Assembly: GCA_019244185.1 (NCBI GenBank)
Contig: JAFATB010000023.1
Location: 256,001 to 320,000, forward strand
Reading direction: 5' to 3'
DNA length: 64,000 nucleotides
Source of the DNA: Acidobacteriota bacterium
GTDB taxonomy: Bacteria > Acidobacteriota > Thermoanaerobaculia > Gp7-AA8
The translations under genes were made by a program, and so were the position numbers. Position 1 is the first letter of the stretch. Each line of letters opens with the position of its first letter. The notes under the pieces were generated by a model. That model did no database searches. It worked only from the letters and a program-made list of their open reading frames with translations, and was not told the origin of the DNA. Of the stretch, positions 1-11,682 are shown in pieces.

Positions 1-17
1 GCTGCGAACGACCACAT
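1..17 (-). CDS. 5' end of a gene running off the window (MWSFA...)
   Basis: ATG at 17-15 preceded by AAGGAGG RBS (27-21), with a TACACT -10-like hexamer further upstream; only 5 codons visible. Confidence 0.5.
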
Positions 18-60
18 CGTCCTCCTTCTGTTCGGGAACGAACGTAGTGTAGCAGTCCCG

Positions 61-2847
61 TCAGATCGTCGGCTGGTCCGGCACCGCGAGCGCGTCGACG
101 ACGTCCTGGCAGCGCGCGCAGAGATCGCCGTCGTTCGCGACTTCCTCGCGGTACTGCCAGCAGCGCCCGCACTTGCGTCCGCGCGCGCGCGACATGGTGA
201 TGCCGATGCGTCCGGCGCCTTCGAGCTCGACGAAGTCGGCGATCGAGTCGTCGGCGGGCTTCACGTCGACGTGCGAGACGATGAAGAGCTTCGCGAGATC
301 GACGCCGAAGTCTTCGACGTTGCCGTGCAGCGCGATGTCGGCTTCGAGCGACTGGCCGATCTCCTTCGCCGCGCGCGCGCGTTCGAGGACGGAGAGCACG
401 CCGTCGCGGAGGCGCAGCACGCGCGTCCACTTCGCGGTCTCGTCGTTGCCGAGGAGCGGCTCGAGCTTCGGGATGTCGGTGAGATGCACGGACGCTTCCT
501 TCTCGCCCGGCATCGACTCGTAGATCTCGTCGGCGGTAAAGGTGAGGATCGGCGCGAGGACGGCGGTGAGGCCGCGCAGCACCTCGTACATCGCGGTCTG
601 CGCGCTGCGGCGCTCGCGCGAATCGGGCGCGTCGGAGTACAGCGTGTCTTTCGACGCGTCGAGGTAGATCGCGGAGAGGTCGACGGTGCAGAGCTCGAGC
701 ACGCGGTGATAGACGACGTGGAACTCGTACTCTTCGTACGCTTGGCGGCAGCGCGCGACGGTGCGCGCCGCGCGGTCGAGGATCCAGCGGTCGATCGGCA
801 GCAGCTCCTCGTGCGGCAGCGCGTGCGTCGCGGGATCGAAGTCGGAGAGATTCGCGAGGAGATAGCGGGCGGTGTTGCGGATCTTGCGATAGCCGTCGCT
901 CGTGCGGGCCATGATCTGCGGACCGAACGGCATGTCGTCGGTGTAGTCGCTGACGGCGACCCACAAACGCAGAATGTCGGCGCCGCTCTGCTTGATCACG
1001 TCCTGCGGCGACAGCGCGTTGCCGCTCGACTTCGACATCTTGTCGCCCGACTCATTGAGCACGAAGCCGCACGTGACGACCTGGCGGAACGGCGCGCCGC
1101 CTTCGATGGCGGTGCCGACGAGCAGCGACGAATGAAACCAGCCGCGATGCTGGTCGTGGCCTTCGAGATAGACGTCGCACGGCCAGCCGAGCTCCGGACG
1201 GCGTTTGAGCACGGCGATGTGCGAGCAGCCGGAGTCGAACCAGACGTCGAGGATGTCGGTCTCTTTGCGGAACTCCGTGCTGCCGCACGTGCACGGCGCG
1301 GTGTGAAAGTCGCTGACGGGACGCTCGTACCACGCGTCGGCGCCTTCGGCCCGGAAGATCTCCGCGACCTTCGCGAAGAGCTCCGGCGTCGCGACCGTCT
1401 CGTTGCACTGGTCGCAATACAGCACCGTGATCGGCACGCCCCAGAGGCGCTGGCGCGAGATGACCCAGTCGGGACGGTTCTCGATCATGCCGTAGATGCG
1501 CTCGCGTCCCCACGCGGGGAACCACTGCACGCGATCGATCTCTTCGAGCGCGCGCTTGCGCAGCCCGGTCTCGTCCATCGACACGAACCACTGTTCGGTG
1601 CCGCGGAAGATGATCGGGTTCTTGCAGCGCCAGCAGTGCGGGTACGAGTGCGTGATGGATTCGCCGAGGACGAGCGCGCCGGTCTCGCGCAAGTGTTCGA
1701 CGATCAGCGGATTCGCTTTGAACACGTGCAGCCCCGCCCAGCGCGGCACGTCCTGCGTGTACTCGCCGCGGTGATTGACGGGCGTGTAGATCTCGAGGCC
1801 GTACCGGCGGCCGGTGGCGAAGTCGTCGGCGCCGTGACCCGGCGCGGTGTGCACGAGGCCCGTGCCGGCGTCAAGCGTGACGTAGTCGCCGAGGACGAAC
1901 GTGCCTTCGCGATCGAGGAACGGATGCTTGTAGCGGAGATGCTCGAGCGCGGAGCCTCTGAACACCTTGCCGCCGCGCGCGTCGGTCCAGCCGAACTTCT
2001 GCACGACCTGCGGCAGGAGCTCGATCGCGACGAGGTAGTTCTCGCCGTCGTGCTCGACGACGACGTACTCGAAGTCGGGCTTCACGGCGATGGCGAGGTT
2101 CGCCGGCAGCGTCCACGGCGTCGTGGTCCAGATGATCGCGTAAAGCGGCTTCTCGATCGGCAGGTCGAGCTCGCGCACGGCTTCGTCGAGCATGCGGAAG
2201 CGCACGTAGATCGACGGCGACGTATGGTCGCGGTATTCGACTTCCGCTTCGGCGAGCGCGGACTGGTCGTACGTGCACCAGTGCACCGGCTTGATGCCTT
2301 TGTAGACGGCGCCGGTCTGGAAGACGCGGCCGAGTGCGTCGGCGATGTCGGCCTCGTAGTCGAACGACATCGTGGTGTACGGATGGTCCCAGTCGCCGAA
2401 GACGCCGAGGCGGACGAAGTCCTCTCGTTGGATATCCACGTATTTCGCGGCGAACTGGCGGCAGGCGCGGCGGATCTCGGCGGCCGGCATCTCCGCGCGC
2501 TTCGCGCCGAGCTCCTTGCCCACCGCGTGCTCGATGGGGAGACCGTGGCAGTCCCAGCCCGGCACGTACGGCGAGTCGAAGCCCATCATCGTGCGCGACT
2601 TGACGACGATGTCCTTGAGCGTCTTGTTGAGTGCGTGGCCGATGTGAATGCGGCCGTTCGCGTACGGCGGTCCGTCGTGCAGCACGAACTTCGGGCGGCC
2701 GGCGGACTTTTCGCGGATTCGTTCGTAGAGACCGAGTCCGCGCCAGTGCTCGAGCCGCTTCGGCTCGTTCTGCGGCAGGTTCGCCTTCATCGCGAAGGTG
2801 GTCTGCGGCAGATTGAGAGTCTTCTTGTAATCGCTGCTGTCCGCCAT
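61..2847 (-). CDS. ileS: Isoleucine--tRNA ligase (type 1, C-terminal Zn finger)
   Basis: [41 protein letters not shown] and KMSKS motifs; C-terminal CGRC...CARC. Confidence 0.98.
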   Translation of the reverse strand: MADSSDYKKTLNLPQTTFAMKANLPQNEPKRLEHWRGLGLYERIREKSAGRPKFVLHDGPPYANGRIHIGHALNKTLKDIVVKSRTMMGFDSPYVPGWDCHGLPIEHAVGKELGAKRAEMPAAEIRRACRQFAAKYVDIQREDFVRLGVFGDWDHPYTTMSFDYEADIADALGRVFQTGAVYKGIKPVHWCTYDQSALAEAEVEYRDHTSPSIYVRFRMLDEAVRELDLPIEKPLYAIIWTTTPWTLPANLAIAVKPDFEYVVVEHDGENYLVAIELLPQVVQKFGWTDARGGKVFRGSALEHLRYKHPFLDREGTFVLGDYVTLDAGTGLVHTAPGHGADDFATGRRYGLEIYTPVNHRGEYTQDVPRWAGLHVFKANPLIVEHLRETGALVLGESITHSYPHCWRCKNPIIFRGTEQWFVSMDETGLRKRALEEIDRVQWFPAWGRERIYGMIENRPDWVISRQRLWGVPITVLYCDQCNETVATPELFAKVAEIFRAEGADAWYERPVSDFHTAPCTCGSTEFRKETDILDVWFDSGCSHIAVLKRRPELGWPCDVYLEGHDQHRGWFHSSLLVGTAIEGGAPFRQVVTCGFVLNESGDKMSKSSGNALSPQDVIKQSGADILRLWVAVSDYTDDMPFGPQIMARTSDGYRKIRNTARYLLANLSDFDPATHALPHEELLPIDRWILDRAARTVARCRQAYEEYEFHVVYHRVLELCTVDLSAIYLDASKDTLYSDAPDSRERRSAQTAMYEVLRGLTAVLAPILTFTADEIYESMPGEKEASVHLTDIPKLEPLLGNDETAKWTRVLRLRDGVLSVLERARAAKEIGQSLEADIALHGNVEDFGVDLAKLFIVSHVDVKPADDSIADFVELEGAGRIGITMSRARGRKCGRCWQYREEVANDGDLCARCQDVVDALAVPDQPTI

Positions 2848-2881
2848 GGGACCGCGAAACTAGCAGCCGACGCCGCGCATT

Positions 2882-4741
2882 TCAAGGACGCGCGGCAGCC
2901 CAGTCCCACAACGTCGCCGCGAACGGAAGCAACTGGAGCGCGTCTTCGGACGACATGTAGCGGTCGTTCATCAGCTGCAGCGTCGCGCTGGTGATGCGGC
3001 CGAGGTAGGCGTCGCGGCTCGGATAGCGCTGCGCGATCTGCTCCTTCGTGAACGGGAACATCGAGCCGGCGAAGCCGAGGCGATCGCCCTCGAAGCCGGT
3101 GCCCGGCGCGCGCAGATTCCAGCCGGTGTACGCCGCGAGCGGCACGGTGAGGAACGGAGCGCGCACGCCGGCGAGCTCGTTGCCGTCGGCATCGACCTGC
3201 GGCACGAGCGTGACGTAGTTGCCGGTGACGCGCGGCGGCTCGCTCGACTGATCCGCGCGCACCGGCGCGTAGGCCCATTTCGGAAACGCGATCTGTTTCG
3301 CGGCGAGATCTTCGACGCGGACGAGCGTGCCGTCGGCGATTTTGGGATAGCGGCTCGGCGGCGGCTCGGTGCCCTGCGTCACCCACGCGTTCATCGCGTC
3401 GATGAGCGCGTGCATCGTGAAGTAGTAGCCGATCGGGTTCTGCAGCGCCTGGCCGCCCGCCGCGACTTCCGGCGGCCACGGGCCGTCGATGTGGCCGGTG
3501 CCGGACACGAAGTAGAGACGCGACGTCGGAGGGAACGGCACGTCGCTCTTGCCGTCGGCGGTGGTGTGGATGAGCGAGCCTCCGCGCGACCAGTACTCGT
3601 GCGCGGTGTTGACGTAGAAGATCTTCGGCACCACGTGATCGGCGGTGGCGCGGTCGAGGAGTCCCGCGGTCACGCCGGTGACGGGATCGGTCGTCGGCAG
3701 ATCGGTGAACGGAAAGACGTCGACCGGATACGCGTACGGCACCGGCGTCAGAATCGCGCGCGACGGCTGCGCGAAGCGGTGATTGAAGTTGCCGCGACCG
3801 CCGCCCGGAACGTACGACAGCACGCCGTCGAAGACCTGCTGCCCGTTTTCATCCGCGTTGAAGCCGTCGTAGACGAAGTGGCGGAGGAAGCGGCCGGTCT
3901 GGGAGATGCCGAGCGCCAGCGCGTGTTTGACCGGAATCGGCGACGCCGGATCGTGCTTGGCCCACGCCACGAAGTCGCGCGTCGCGGCCATGCCGGCGCC
4001 GACGACGGCCGGGTCCGCGGCGGTGTAGACGATCTCGTAGATCGTGTGCGGTTGAAAGCCGCCGTCGAGCGCGATGGTGCGGTCGTCGGTGAAGTGCCAC
4101 TTCGCGCGTGGAATCGTGCGGCGCGCCGCGCCCATGCTCTCGCGCTGGGTCAGAACGTTGTCGCGGCCGTTGCGGTCCGCGACCGGGTAGCCGATGCCTC
4201 CGAGCTGGCTCATGACCTCGTGGCCGTACGACGCGTCGACGATGTTGCCGATCGTGTACGTCGGCGCCGGCTTCTCGACGATGAAGTCGGAGCGCACGCG
4301 GCCGCGCACGCCGCGCGCGATGGGCGCGTCGAAGTGCAGGAGCGTGGGATCGGGCCGCACGTCGAACTGCCACGCCAGCCACACCATCGTGTAGCCGCGG
4401 CGGAAGAGCGTGTCGTCGTTTTTCGGATCGGCGAAGAAGCCGATGCCGCCGCGGTTCGGGACTTCGAGATAGAGCGTCTCGTTGCCGCCGCACTTCGGGC
4501 GAAGGATCACGACGTCGGAGGTGAAGGTGACTTCTCCGTGCTCGTCGCGCGGCGCTTTGTCGAGATCGGTGACGATCTTGTTGTGCGGATTGTTCGGATC
4601 GACGGCGAAGAGGACGCGGCCGGTGATCTTCTCGTAGCGGTCGCCGACGTCGGTGCGCGACGCGATGTCGAGGCGCACGACGCGGGCGGAGGCGGAGACG
4701 GCGGCGAACGTGAGGAGAGCGATCGCAAACAATCGGCGCAT
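2882..4741 (-). CDS. Secreted alpha/beta-hydrolase domain protein (tannase-like)
   Basis: N-terminal signal peptide; EVPNRGG; nucleophile-elbow GISQTGR; C-terminal PQVDADGNE.AG.R.P. Confidence 0.75.
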   Translation of the reverse strand: MRRLFAIALLTFAAVSASARVVRLDIASRTDVGDRYEKITGRVLFAVDPNNPHNKIVTDLDKAPRDEHGEVTFTSDVVILRPKCGGNETLYLEVPNRGGIGFFADPKNDDTLFRRGYTMVWLAWQFDVRPDPTLLHFDAPIARGVRGRVRSDFIVEKPAPTYTIGNIVDASYGHEVMSQLGGIGYPVADRNGRDNVLTQRESMGAARRTIPRAKWHFTDDRTIALDGGFQPHTIYEIVYTAADPAVVGAGMAATRDFVAWAKHDPASPIPVKHALALGISQTGRFLRHFVYDGFNADENGQQVFDGVLSYVPGGGRGNFNHRFAQPSRAILTPVPYAYPVDVFPFTDLPTTDPVTGVTAGLLDRATADHVVPKIFYVNTAHEYWSRGGSLIHTTADGKSDVPFPPTSRLYFVSGTGHIDGPWPPEVAAGGQALQNPIGYYFTMHALIDAMNAWVTQGTEPPPSRYPKIADGTLVRVEDLAAKQIAFPKWAYAPVRADQSSEPPRVTGNYVTLVPQVDADGNELAGVRAPFLTVPLAAYTGWNLRAPGTGFEGDRLGFAGSMFPFTKEQIAQRYPSRDAYLGRITSATLQLMNDRYMSSEDALQLLPFAATLWDWAAARP

Positions 4742-4773
4742 GGGCCGAGTCTACGAAAAAGATCGTGGGATGT

Positions 4774-6150
4774 TTACATGCCGCCCGCGGTGAGCGTCCT
4801 GGGCGCGCTCACGCGCAGCCTCTGGCCTTTGTGAATCGTGGCGCTCTTCGACAGGTCGTTCAGCTCGCGCAGCTCGGCGACGCTGAGGCCGTTCTTCTTC
4901 GCGATCGAGTAGAGCGTGTCGCCCTTGCGCACCGCGTAGTAGAACTCCTCGTCGTCGCTGTGGGCGAGGAGCGCGCCGAGCTCGCGCGCGCGGACGGGCA
5001 CGTAGATCGTGTCGCCGGCGCCGACGCGCGCGGCTTCGTCGAGGTCGTTGATGGCGAGCAGCGTCTCCGGCGTCGTGCCGAGCTTGCGCGCGAGGCGCTT
5101 CACGTTGTCGCCGTCGCGCAGCGTGAACGAGCAGAACTGCACGTATGCGTCTTCCTGGCGCAGCGTGTCGGCGCGGGCGGCGAGCGTCTCGGCCGCTTTC
5201 GACGGCACGACCACCGACGCGCGTCCGGGCGGCACGACGCCGCGGCGGAGCGAGGGATTCAGCGCGCGCAAAACCTCCGGATCGACGCCGACGGCCTCGC
5301 TGATGTACTGCAGCGAGACCGGCCCGCGCACGTCGACGCGTTTCTCGTCGAGGTCGGTCGCCTTGCCGAGCGTGAAGCCGTAGGTCTGCGGGTCGCTGGC
5401 GATGAGGAGCGTCGCGAAGAACGTCGGCACGTAGCCGCGCGTTTCCTTCGGCAGCGCGGCGTTTTCCTGCAGTTCCCAGAACGTCGTCGCGCCGTTCTCG
5501 GCGAGCGAGCGTTTCACGCGGCCGGGGCCGCAGTTGTATGCGGCGACGGTGAGCGCCCAGTCGTCGAACATGCGATAGAGGTCTTTGAGGTACGCGGCCG
5601 CCGCGCGCGTGGAGCGTTCGGGATCGGCGCGCTCGTCGACCCACCAGTCGACGCGCAGTCCGTACTCGCGCGCCGTCTCGGGCATGAACTGCCAGATGCC
5701 GTGCGCGCCGGCGGTCGACGTGAGCGTCGGCACGTACGCGCTTTCGATGACCGGGAGGTAGGCGAGACCTTTGGGCAGGTTCTGATCGGCGAGCGCTTTG
5801 TCGATCAGCTTCTTGTAGCGCGCCGAGCGGATCAGCGACGTCTGGATGCTGTCCTTCATGTCGACGCTGAAGAGGCGGACGGCGGCGTCGATGGTGCGGT
5901 GTTGCGGGATGGGAATCGAGGCGGCGGCTTCGAGGTCGACGGCCGGCGCGTTCGCCGGGACCTTGTCGTTCGCGCGCGCGACGATCTGCGCGTACGCGGC
6001 CTCGAGCTCGCGGCGGTATTCGTCGGCGTCGATCTGCGAGGAGACTTTCGGCGCGGCGGCAGCGGTGGGGAGCACCTTCGGCGCGGGCGCCGAGCTCGCG
6101 CACGCAACGGCATACAACGCCACCATCGACAACATCGCTGTGTTGCGCAT
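4774..6150 (-). CDS. MltD-like lytic transglycosylase lipoprotein with SLT and LysM domains
   Basis: Lipobox (AVAC); SLT motifs IES, GIWQFMP.TA, AAYNCG, LPKETRGYV; C-terminal LysM (Y.VRKGDTLYSIA). Confidence 0.9.
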   Translation of the reverse strand: MRNTAMLSMVALYAVACASSAPAPKVLPTAAAAPKVSSQIDADEYRRELEAAYAQIVARANDKVPANAPAVDLEAAASIPIPQHRTIDAAVRLFSVDMKDSIQTSLIRSARYKKLIDKALADQNLPKGLAYLPVIESAYVPTLTSTAGAHGIWQFMPETAREYGLRVDWWVDERADPERSTRAAAAYLKDLYRMFDDWALTVAAYNCGPGRVKRSLAENGATTFWELQENAALPKETRGYVPTFFATLLIASDPQTYGFTLGKATDLDEKRVDVRGPVSLQYISEAVGVDPEVLRALNPSLRRGVVPPGRASVVVPSKAAETLAARADTLRQEDAYVQFCSFTLRDGDNVKRLARKLGTTPETLLAINDLDEAARVGAGDTIYVPVRARELGALLAHSDDEEFYYAVRKGDTLYSIAKKNGLSVAELRELNDLSKSATIHKGQRLRVSAPRTLTAGGM

Positions 6151-6185
6151 CGCGCACCCCCTCGCGTCCCGGCCGTCGCGGCGGC

Positions 6186-7760
6186 CTATGTGAGATCGAT
6201 CTTCAGGTTGACCGAAAGACTCTGAACGTTGGCGGTGTCGCCGAGGTCGACGGTCTGGTCGTCCGTGCGAACCACGCCTTGCCCTTCGTCTTCGAACGTT
6301 AGTGTAACCCGAACGGATTTGGCGCGAGGGAGGACGTCGGGCGGGACCTGCAGATGAAGGGTGCGAACGATGTCGCGTCGGGGCTGGAGCGCGGAGAGCT
6401 CGGCGAGCACGTCGCGCTTGGGCGGCTTCGGGGTCGTGGTCTGCGTCGCGCGTTTGCGCAGCGCCTCGAGCTCCGCCATGACGTCGACGGAGGAGCGCAC
6501 CTTCACCGTCTTGACTTCCGGTTGCGCTTTCTGCGGCTTCTCCGTTTCGGCGAAGCGGATGTCGGGCTCGGGCACGGACGGCGGCGCGATGACGTCGGGT
6601 GCGAGCGGCGCGGACGCGCTGAACGGCGGCGCGACGAGATCGTCGAGCGACATGAGCGGCGCGGGCGGCGGCTCGGGTGCGGCGGGCGGCGGGGGAGGCG
6701 TCAGTTCGGCCTCGGCGGCGAATGGTTCCGGCTCGGGCTCGGGCGCGGCGTCGATCGTCGTCTCGAGCTCTTCATGCTGCGCGGGCGGCTCCGCGACCGG
6801 CACGTCGAAGAGGATGCGGCGGTCGATCGTCGTCGCCGCAACGGTGGCTTCGGGATCGAACGCGTCTTCCATCGGCGCGGACATGGGCGGCGCGGACATT
6901 GGCGGCGCGGGCATCGGCGGCGCGACCGGCATCGGCGCGGTGACCGGCTCCGTCATCGTCGTCGTCGCGGTGGCGGCGGCGGCCTGCACGAACGTCGGAG
7001 ACGACGACGCGCTTGCGGCAAGCGATGGTGCGATCGCGGGAGCGGGCGGTGGTGGTGCGGACGCGGGCGTGGGCGTCGCGGTCAGCGTGCGCGCGGGGCT
7101 CGGCGCGTTCTCCTGCACGCGGAACTGCGCGACACGTGCGGGCGGCGCGGGGCGCGCGGGCTCGTCGCCCGTCATCCTGCGGCGCAGCGTGCGCAGCGTC
7201 AGCTTCGAGATCACCTTCAGCGTCTCGAAGACGCCGGTGCCGGCGGAGGCGACCGACTCCACGTGCTCGAAGCGGCGCTGCGGATCGAGCGCATCGAGCA
7301 TCGTCTCGACGGGCGCGATGTTCGGCAGATCGCGTTTGTTGAGCTGCAGGACCATCGGGATCTCGTCGAGATCGAGGCCGATCTCGGCGAGGTTCTCGCG
7401 CAGGTTGCGCAGGCTCTCGACGTTCGCGTCGAGCATCGCCGTCTGCGAGTCGGCGACGAAGACCATGCCGTCGACGCCTTTCAGCACGAGCTTGCGCGTG
7501 GTGTTGTAGAAGACCTGCCCCGGCACGGTGTAGAGCTGCAGCCGCGTCTTGAAGCCGCCGATCACGCCGACGTCGATCGGCAGCAGATCGAAGAACAGCG
7601 TCCGGTCGGTCTCCGTCTCGAGACTGACCATCTCGCCGCGGCTCTGCGGCGAGGTCTTCGTGTAGATGTGGTGGAGGTTGGTGGTCTTCCCGCAGAGACC
7701 CGGACCGTAATACACGATCTTCGCGGCCATCTGCATCGTCGCGTAGTTGAAGAAGACCAT
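6186..7760 (-). CDS. MglA-family small GTPase with long Pro/Ala-rich linker and C-terminal domain
   Basis: KIVYYGPGLCGKTTNL, DRTLFFD, LYTVPGQ, NKRD (MglA signature) in the first ~195 aa; ~330 aa extension. Confidence 0.88.
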   Translation of the reverse strand: MVFFNYATMQMAAKIVYYGPGLCGKTTNLHHIYTKTSPQSRGEMVSLETETDRTLFFDLLPIDVGVIGGFKTRLQLYTVPGQVFYNTTRKLVLKGVDGMVFVADSQTAMLDANVESLRNLRENLAEIGLDLDEIPMVLQLNKRDLPNIAPVETMLDALDPQRRFEHVESVASAGTGVFETLKVISKLTLRTLRRRMTGDEPARPAPPARVAQFRVQENAPSPARTLTATPTPASAPPPPAPAIAPSLAASASSSPTFVQAAAATATTTMTEPVTAPMPVAPPMPAPPMSAPPMSAPMEDAFDPEATVAATTIDRRILFDVPVAEPPAQHEELETTIDAAPEPEPEPFAAEAELTPPPPPAAPEPPPAPLMSLDDLVAPPFSASAPLAPDVIAPPSVPEPDIRFAETEKPQKAQPEVKTVKVRSSVDVMAELEALRKRATQTTTPKPPKRDVLAELSALQPRRDIVRTLHLQVPPDVLPRAKSVRVTLTFEDEGQGVVRTDDQTVDLGDTANVQSLSVNLKIDLT

Positions 7761-7794
7761 CGTCGTGTTCCGAGGCGGGCGATCGTAGCACCCG

Positions 7795-8547
7795 CTACTT
7801 CAGGCTAGCAAGGTTCGGTCCGCCGAGCACGCGCGCGAGAAGTGCGTACAGTTCCGCGACTTGCGGATCGTCGGCGAGCGCGGCGAGATGGCGCTCGAGG
7901 ACGTCGCGATCGCCGCGCACAGCCGGACCCGTGAAGCGCCGCGCGTCGGTGTGCTTCCGCCAGTTTTCGATCGCGGACAATGCCAGCGCGACAAGGTCTT
8001 CGCGCACGTCGCCGACGCCCGCGCGCTCCATGAGCCGTTGCGCGACGTCGAGCGACGCGGCGACGTAGTTCGAGCCGAACACCGCCGCCGCGTGATACAG
8101 CGCCTTCTGCTCCAGCGCGACTTCCGCGAAGCGCGCGCCGACGGCGGCCGCGATCAGCTTCGCCGTCCGCTTGTGCGCGCCTTCGAACACGAGCAGCGTG
8201 TTGTCGAGGTCCGACGGCTCGCCGACCGGCGGCAGCGACTTCAGCGGATGGAGCGAGAAGCCGCCGCGCAGACTGGCCAGCGCGCCGCTCGCGTGAAAAA
8301 TCAGCGCGTCGGATTCCGGCACCTGCTCCGCCACGAGCGGTATCGCGCGGTCGCTCACGGCGACGAGGAGGAGCTCCGACTCGCGCGCGAGATCGCCGAG
8401 GTCCATGCGGGCGGTGCCGAGCAACTCGGCGATGCGGCTGCGCGAGGCGTCGCGCAGCCAGACGCCGGAGAGCGGCCAGCCGATCCGCTTCCACGCGGAG
8501 CCGAAAGCCCATGCGGCGCGGCCGCCGCCTAAAATGCCGAGGCGCAT
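7795..8547 (-). CDS. Rossmann-like / DUF2520 oxidoreductase
   Basis: Start MRLGILGGGRAA (GxGxxA); HASGA, HPLKS, YHAAAV, TGPAVRGD motifs typical of DUF2520 proteins. Confidence 0.8.
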   Translation of the reverse strand: MRLGILGGGRAAWAFGSAWKRIGWPLSGVWLRDASRSRIAELLGTARMDLGDLARESELLLVAVSDRAIPLVAEQVPESDALIFHASGALASLRGGFSLHPLKSLPPVGEPSDLDNTLLVFEGAHKRTAKLIAAAVGARFAEVALEQKALYHAAAVFGSNYVAASLDVAQRLMERAGVGDVREDLVALALSAIENWRKHTDARRFTGPAVRGDRDVLERHLAALADDPQVAELYALLARVLGGPNLASLK

Positions 8548-8560
8548 AATGAGCAGGACG

Positions 8561-8907
8561 ATGCGAACTGCTGCTGCCGTGATTCTCGCACTGATCGGGA
8601 CGGTTGCCTTTGCCGCGCCGCCGTCGACGTGCAACCTCGAAGGCGATTACGCGCGCGCGCTCTGTGCTTACCAGCACCGCAACTTCGGCGAGGCGGAGAA
8701 CGGCTTCCGCGCGCTGATGGAGCAGACCGAGCAGACGCCCGAAACGATCCGCGCGACGTACTTTCTCGCGCGGACGCTGATGAAGACTGGCCGCTTCGAC
8801 GAGGCCAGCGCGCTCTTCGTCAGAATCTACTCGCTCGACAAATCGTTTTACGACACGTGGAACTGCGACTATCTCCTCGGCGAATGCAGGAAGGCGCTCG
8901 GTAAGTA

Positions 8908-8908
<1 letters not shown>
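8561..8908 (+). CDS. Small secreted TPR protein
   Basis: Signal peptide MRTAAAVILALIGTVAFA followed by TPR-like helices; stop overlaps the next ATG (TAATG). Confidence 0.7.
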
Positions 8909-10440
<1,532 letters not shown>

Positions 10441-10600
10441 TAAATTTAACAAAATGAGCAGCTTGCAAGTGGCGCGCGGCGGATTCAAGGCGAATTGTGG
10501 CGAAATGCCGCAGGTGCTCATCCGGTCACAAAAAGCGGCTCTCTCGTGTAAACTGCGCCGGAACATGCACTTAGGCGTCGTTTCGCGAAGCTGGCGCACG

Positions 10601-10616
10601 TGGCAGTCGCGTTGCT
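10601..10616 (+). promoter_or_regulatory. Sigma54 -24/-12 promoter
   Basis: TGGCAGTCGCGTTGCT, exact GG-N10-GC spacing, downstream of the EBP gene and upstream of a small ORF with a strong RBS. Confidence 0.75.
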
Positions 10617-10649
10617 CAAGGGTGGCCCCGACACATGAGGGGGGCAACG

Positions 10650-10820
10650 ATGAACAACGCAGCGCAAACCCGCACCAACAAGCTCGAAACCGCCGTCTCG
10701 GCCGCGTACGCGCTGCCGGCGATGCTCGCGGCGAACACCGTCGCGCTGCTGGCTCTCGACCAGCTCGGCGGCATCCCCCACTGGATCAAGACCGCCGTCA
10801 GCCTGTTCCTCTCCTTTTAG
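10650..10820 (+). CDS. 56-aa hydrophobic small protein of unknown function
   Basis: GAGGGGGG RBS, ATG at 10650, genome-like codon usage, directly after the sigma54 box. Confidence 0.65.
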   Translation: MNNAAQTRTNKLETAVSAAYALPAMLAANTVALLALDQLGGIPHWIKTAVSLFLSF

Positions 10821-10848
10821 CCGGAGTCGTGCGGAGGATCATCACCCC

Positions 10849-11286
10849 ATGACTGCGACTGCCGAGCGGCAGATGGAGCTGACGCTCCCGATGGTGCCGG
10901 ACATCGAGATCGCGGCCGCACGCGCGGCCGGGAACCTCGCCCGGGAGCTCGGGATGGCGTCCGAATCCGTCGACGAGATGACGCACGCGATGATCGAAGC
11001 GTGCATCAACGCTCGGGAGCACTCCGGTAGCAAAGACCGTCGGATCTATGTAAGAATCACCGGCACCTCGCTCGCCGAAGGCAACTCGCGCATCGATATC
11101 TGGATCACCGATCACGGCCAGGGATTCAACGTGACCGAAGCCCGTTCGCGCCGCCAGAATCTCGGCGCCGTCCACAAGCGCGGCTGGGGCCTGCAGATCA
11201 TCGAAGCCCACATGGACGAGGTCGGAATCACGACCGGAGCCGAAGGCACGACGATCCACATGGTGAAATACGGGAAGAAATCATGA
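10849..11286 (+). CDS. RsbW/SpoIIAB-like anti-sigma factor / Ser kinase (HATPase_c_2)
   Basis: EACINA.EH (N box), DHGQGF (G1), RGWGL (G2), GT.I.M.K. Confidence 0.88.
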   Translation: MTATAERQMELTLPMVPDIEIAAARAAGNLARELGMASESVDEMTHAMIEACINAREHSGSKDRRIYVRITGTSLAEGNSRIDIWITDHGQGFNVTEARSRRQNLGAVHKRGWGLQIIEAHMDEVGITTGAEGTTIHMVKYGKKS

Positions 11287-11639
11287 CGGATGAATTGAGA
11301 GTCGCGGTCGATCGGCGCGGTCCGGACGGCGCGGTGCTGTACACGAAGGGCTACATCAACAACGTCGGCGGCGAGGAAATCGCGAACCGCGCGTACGAGA
11401 TGATGGACGCCGGCGTGCGCACGCTCCTGCTCAACCTGCGCGAGACGAAGATCGTCAACTCCATCGGCATCAGCATCCTCATCGAGATCATCGAGAAGAT
11501 GATCGACAAAGGCGGCCGCATCGCCTTCTGCTGCCTCACGCCGGTCATCCTCAAGACGTTCCAGATCATGGGGCTCGCGAACTACGCCTCGATCTTCGCC
11601 GACGAGGAATCGGCCGTGAGCGAGCTCGGCCTGAAGTAG
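11283..11639 (+). CDS. RsbV/SpoIIAA-like STAS anti-anti-sigma factor
   Basis: STAS fold pattern LLLNL....IVNSIGI with the phospho-acceptor Ser; translationally coupled to the kinase gene. Confidence 0.88.
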   Translation: MTDELRVAVDRRGPDGAVLYTKGYINNVGGEEIANRAYEMMDAGVRTLLLNLRETKIVNSIGISILIEIIEKMIDKGGRIAFCCLTPVILKTFQIMGLANYASIFADEESAVSELGLK

Positions 11640-11682
11640 CCCGTTCCGCGGTTTCCCCTTCCTGATATTCTCCTGCGCGCCT

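Noticed and set aside
271-2994. 907-aa plus-strand ORF and many similar long ORFs (e.g. 51130-53202, 59298-62228, 31254-33341)
   Set aside because: Antisense or alternate-frame shadows of well-supported genes; high GC suppresses stop codons and the translations have no recognisable motifs
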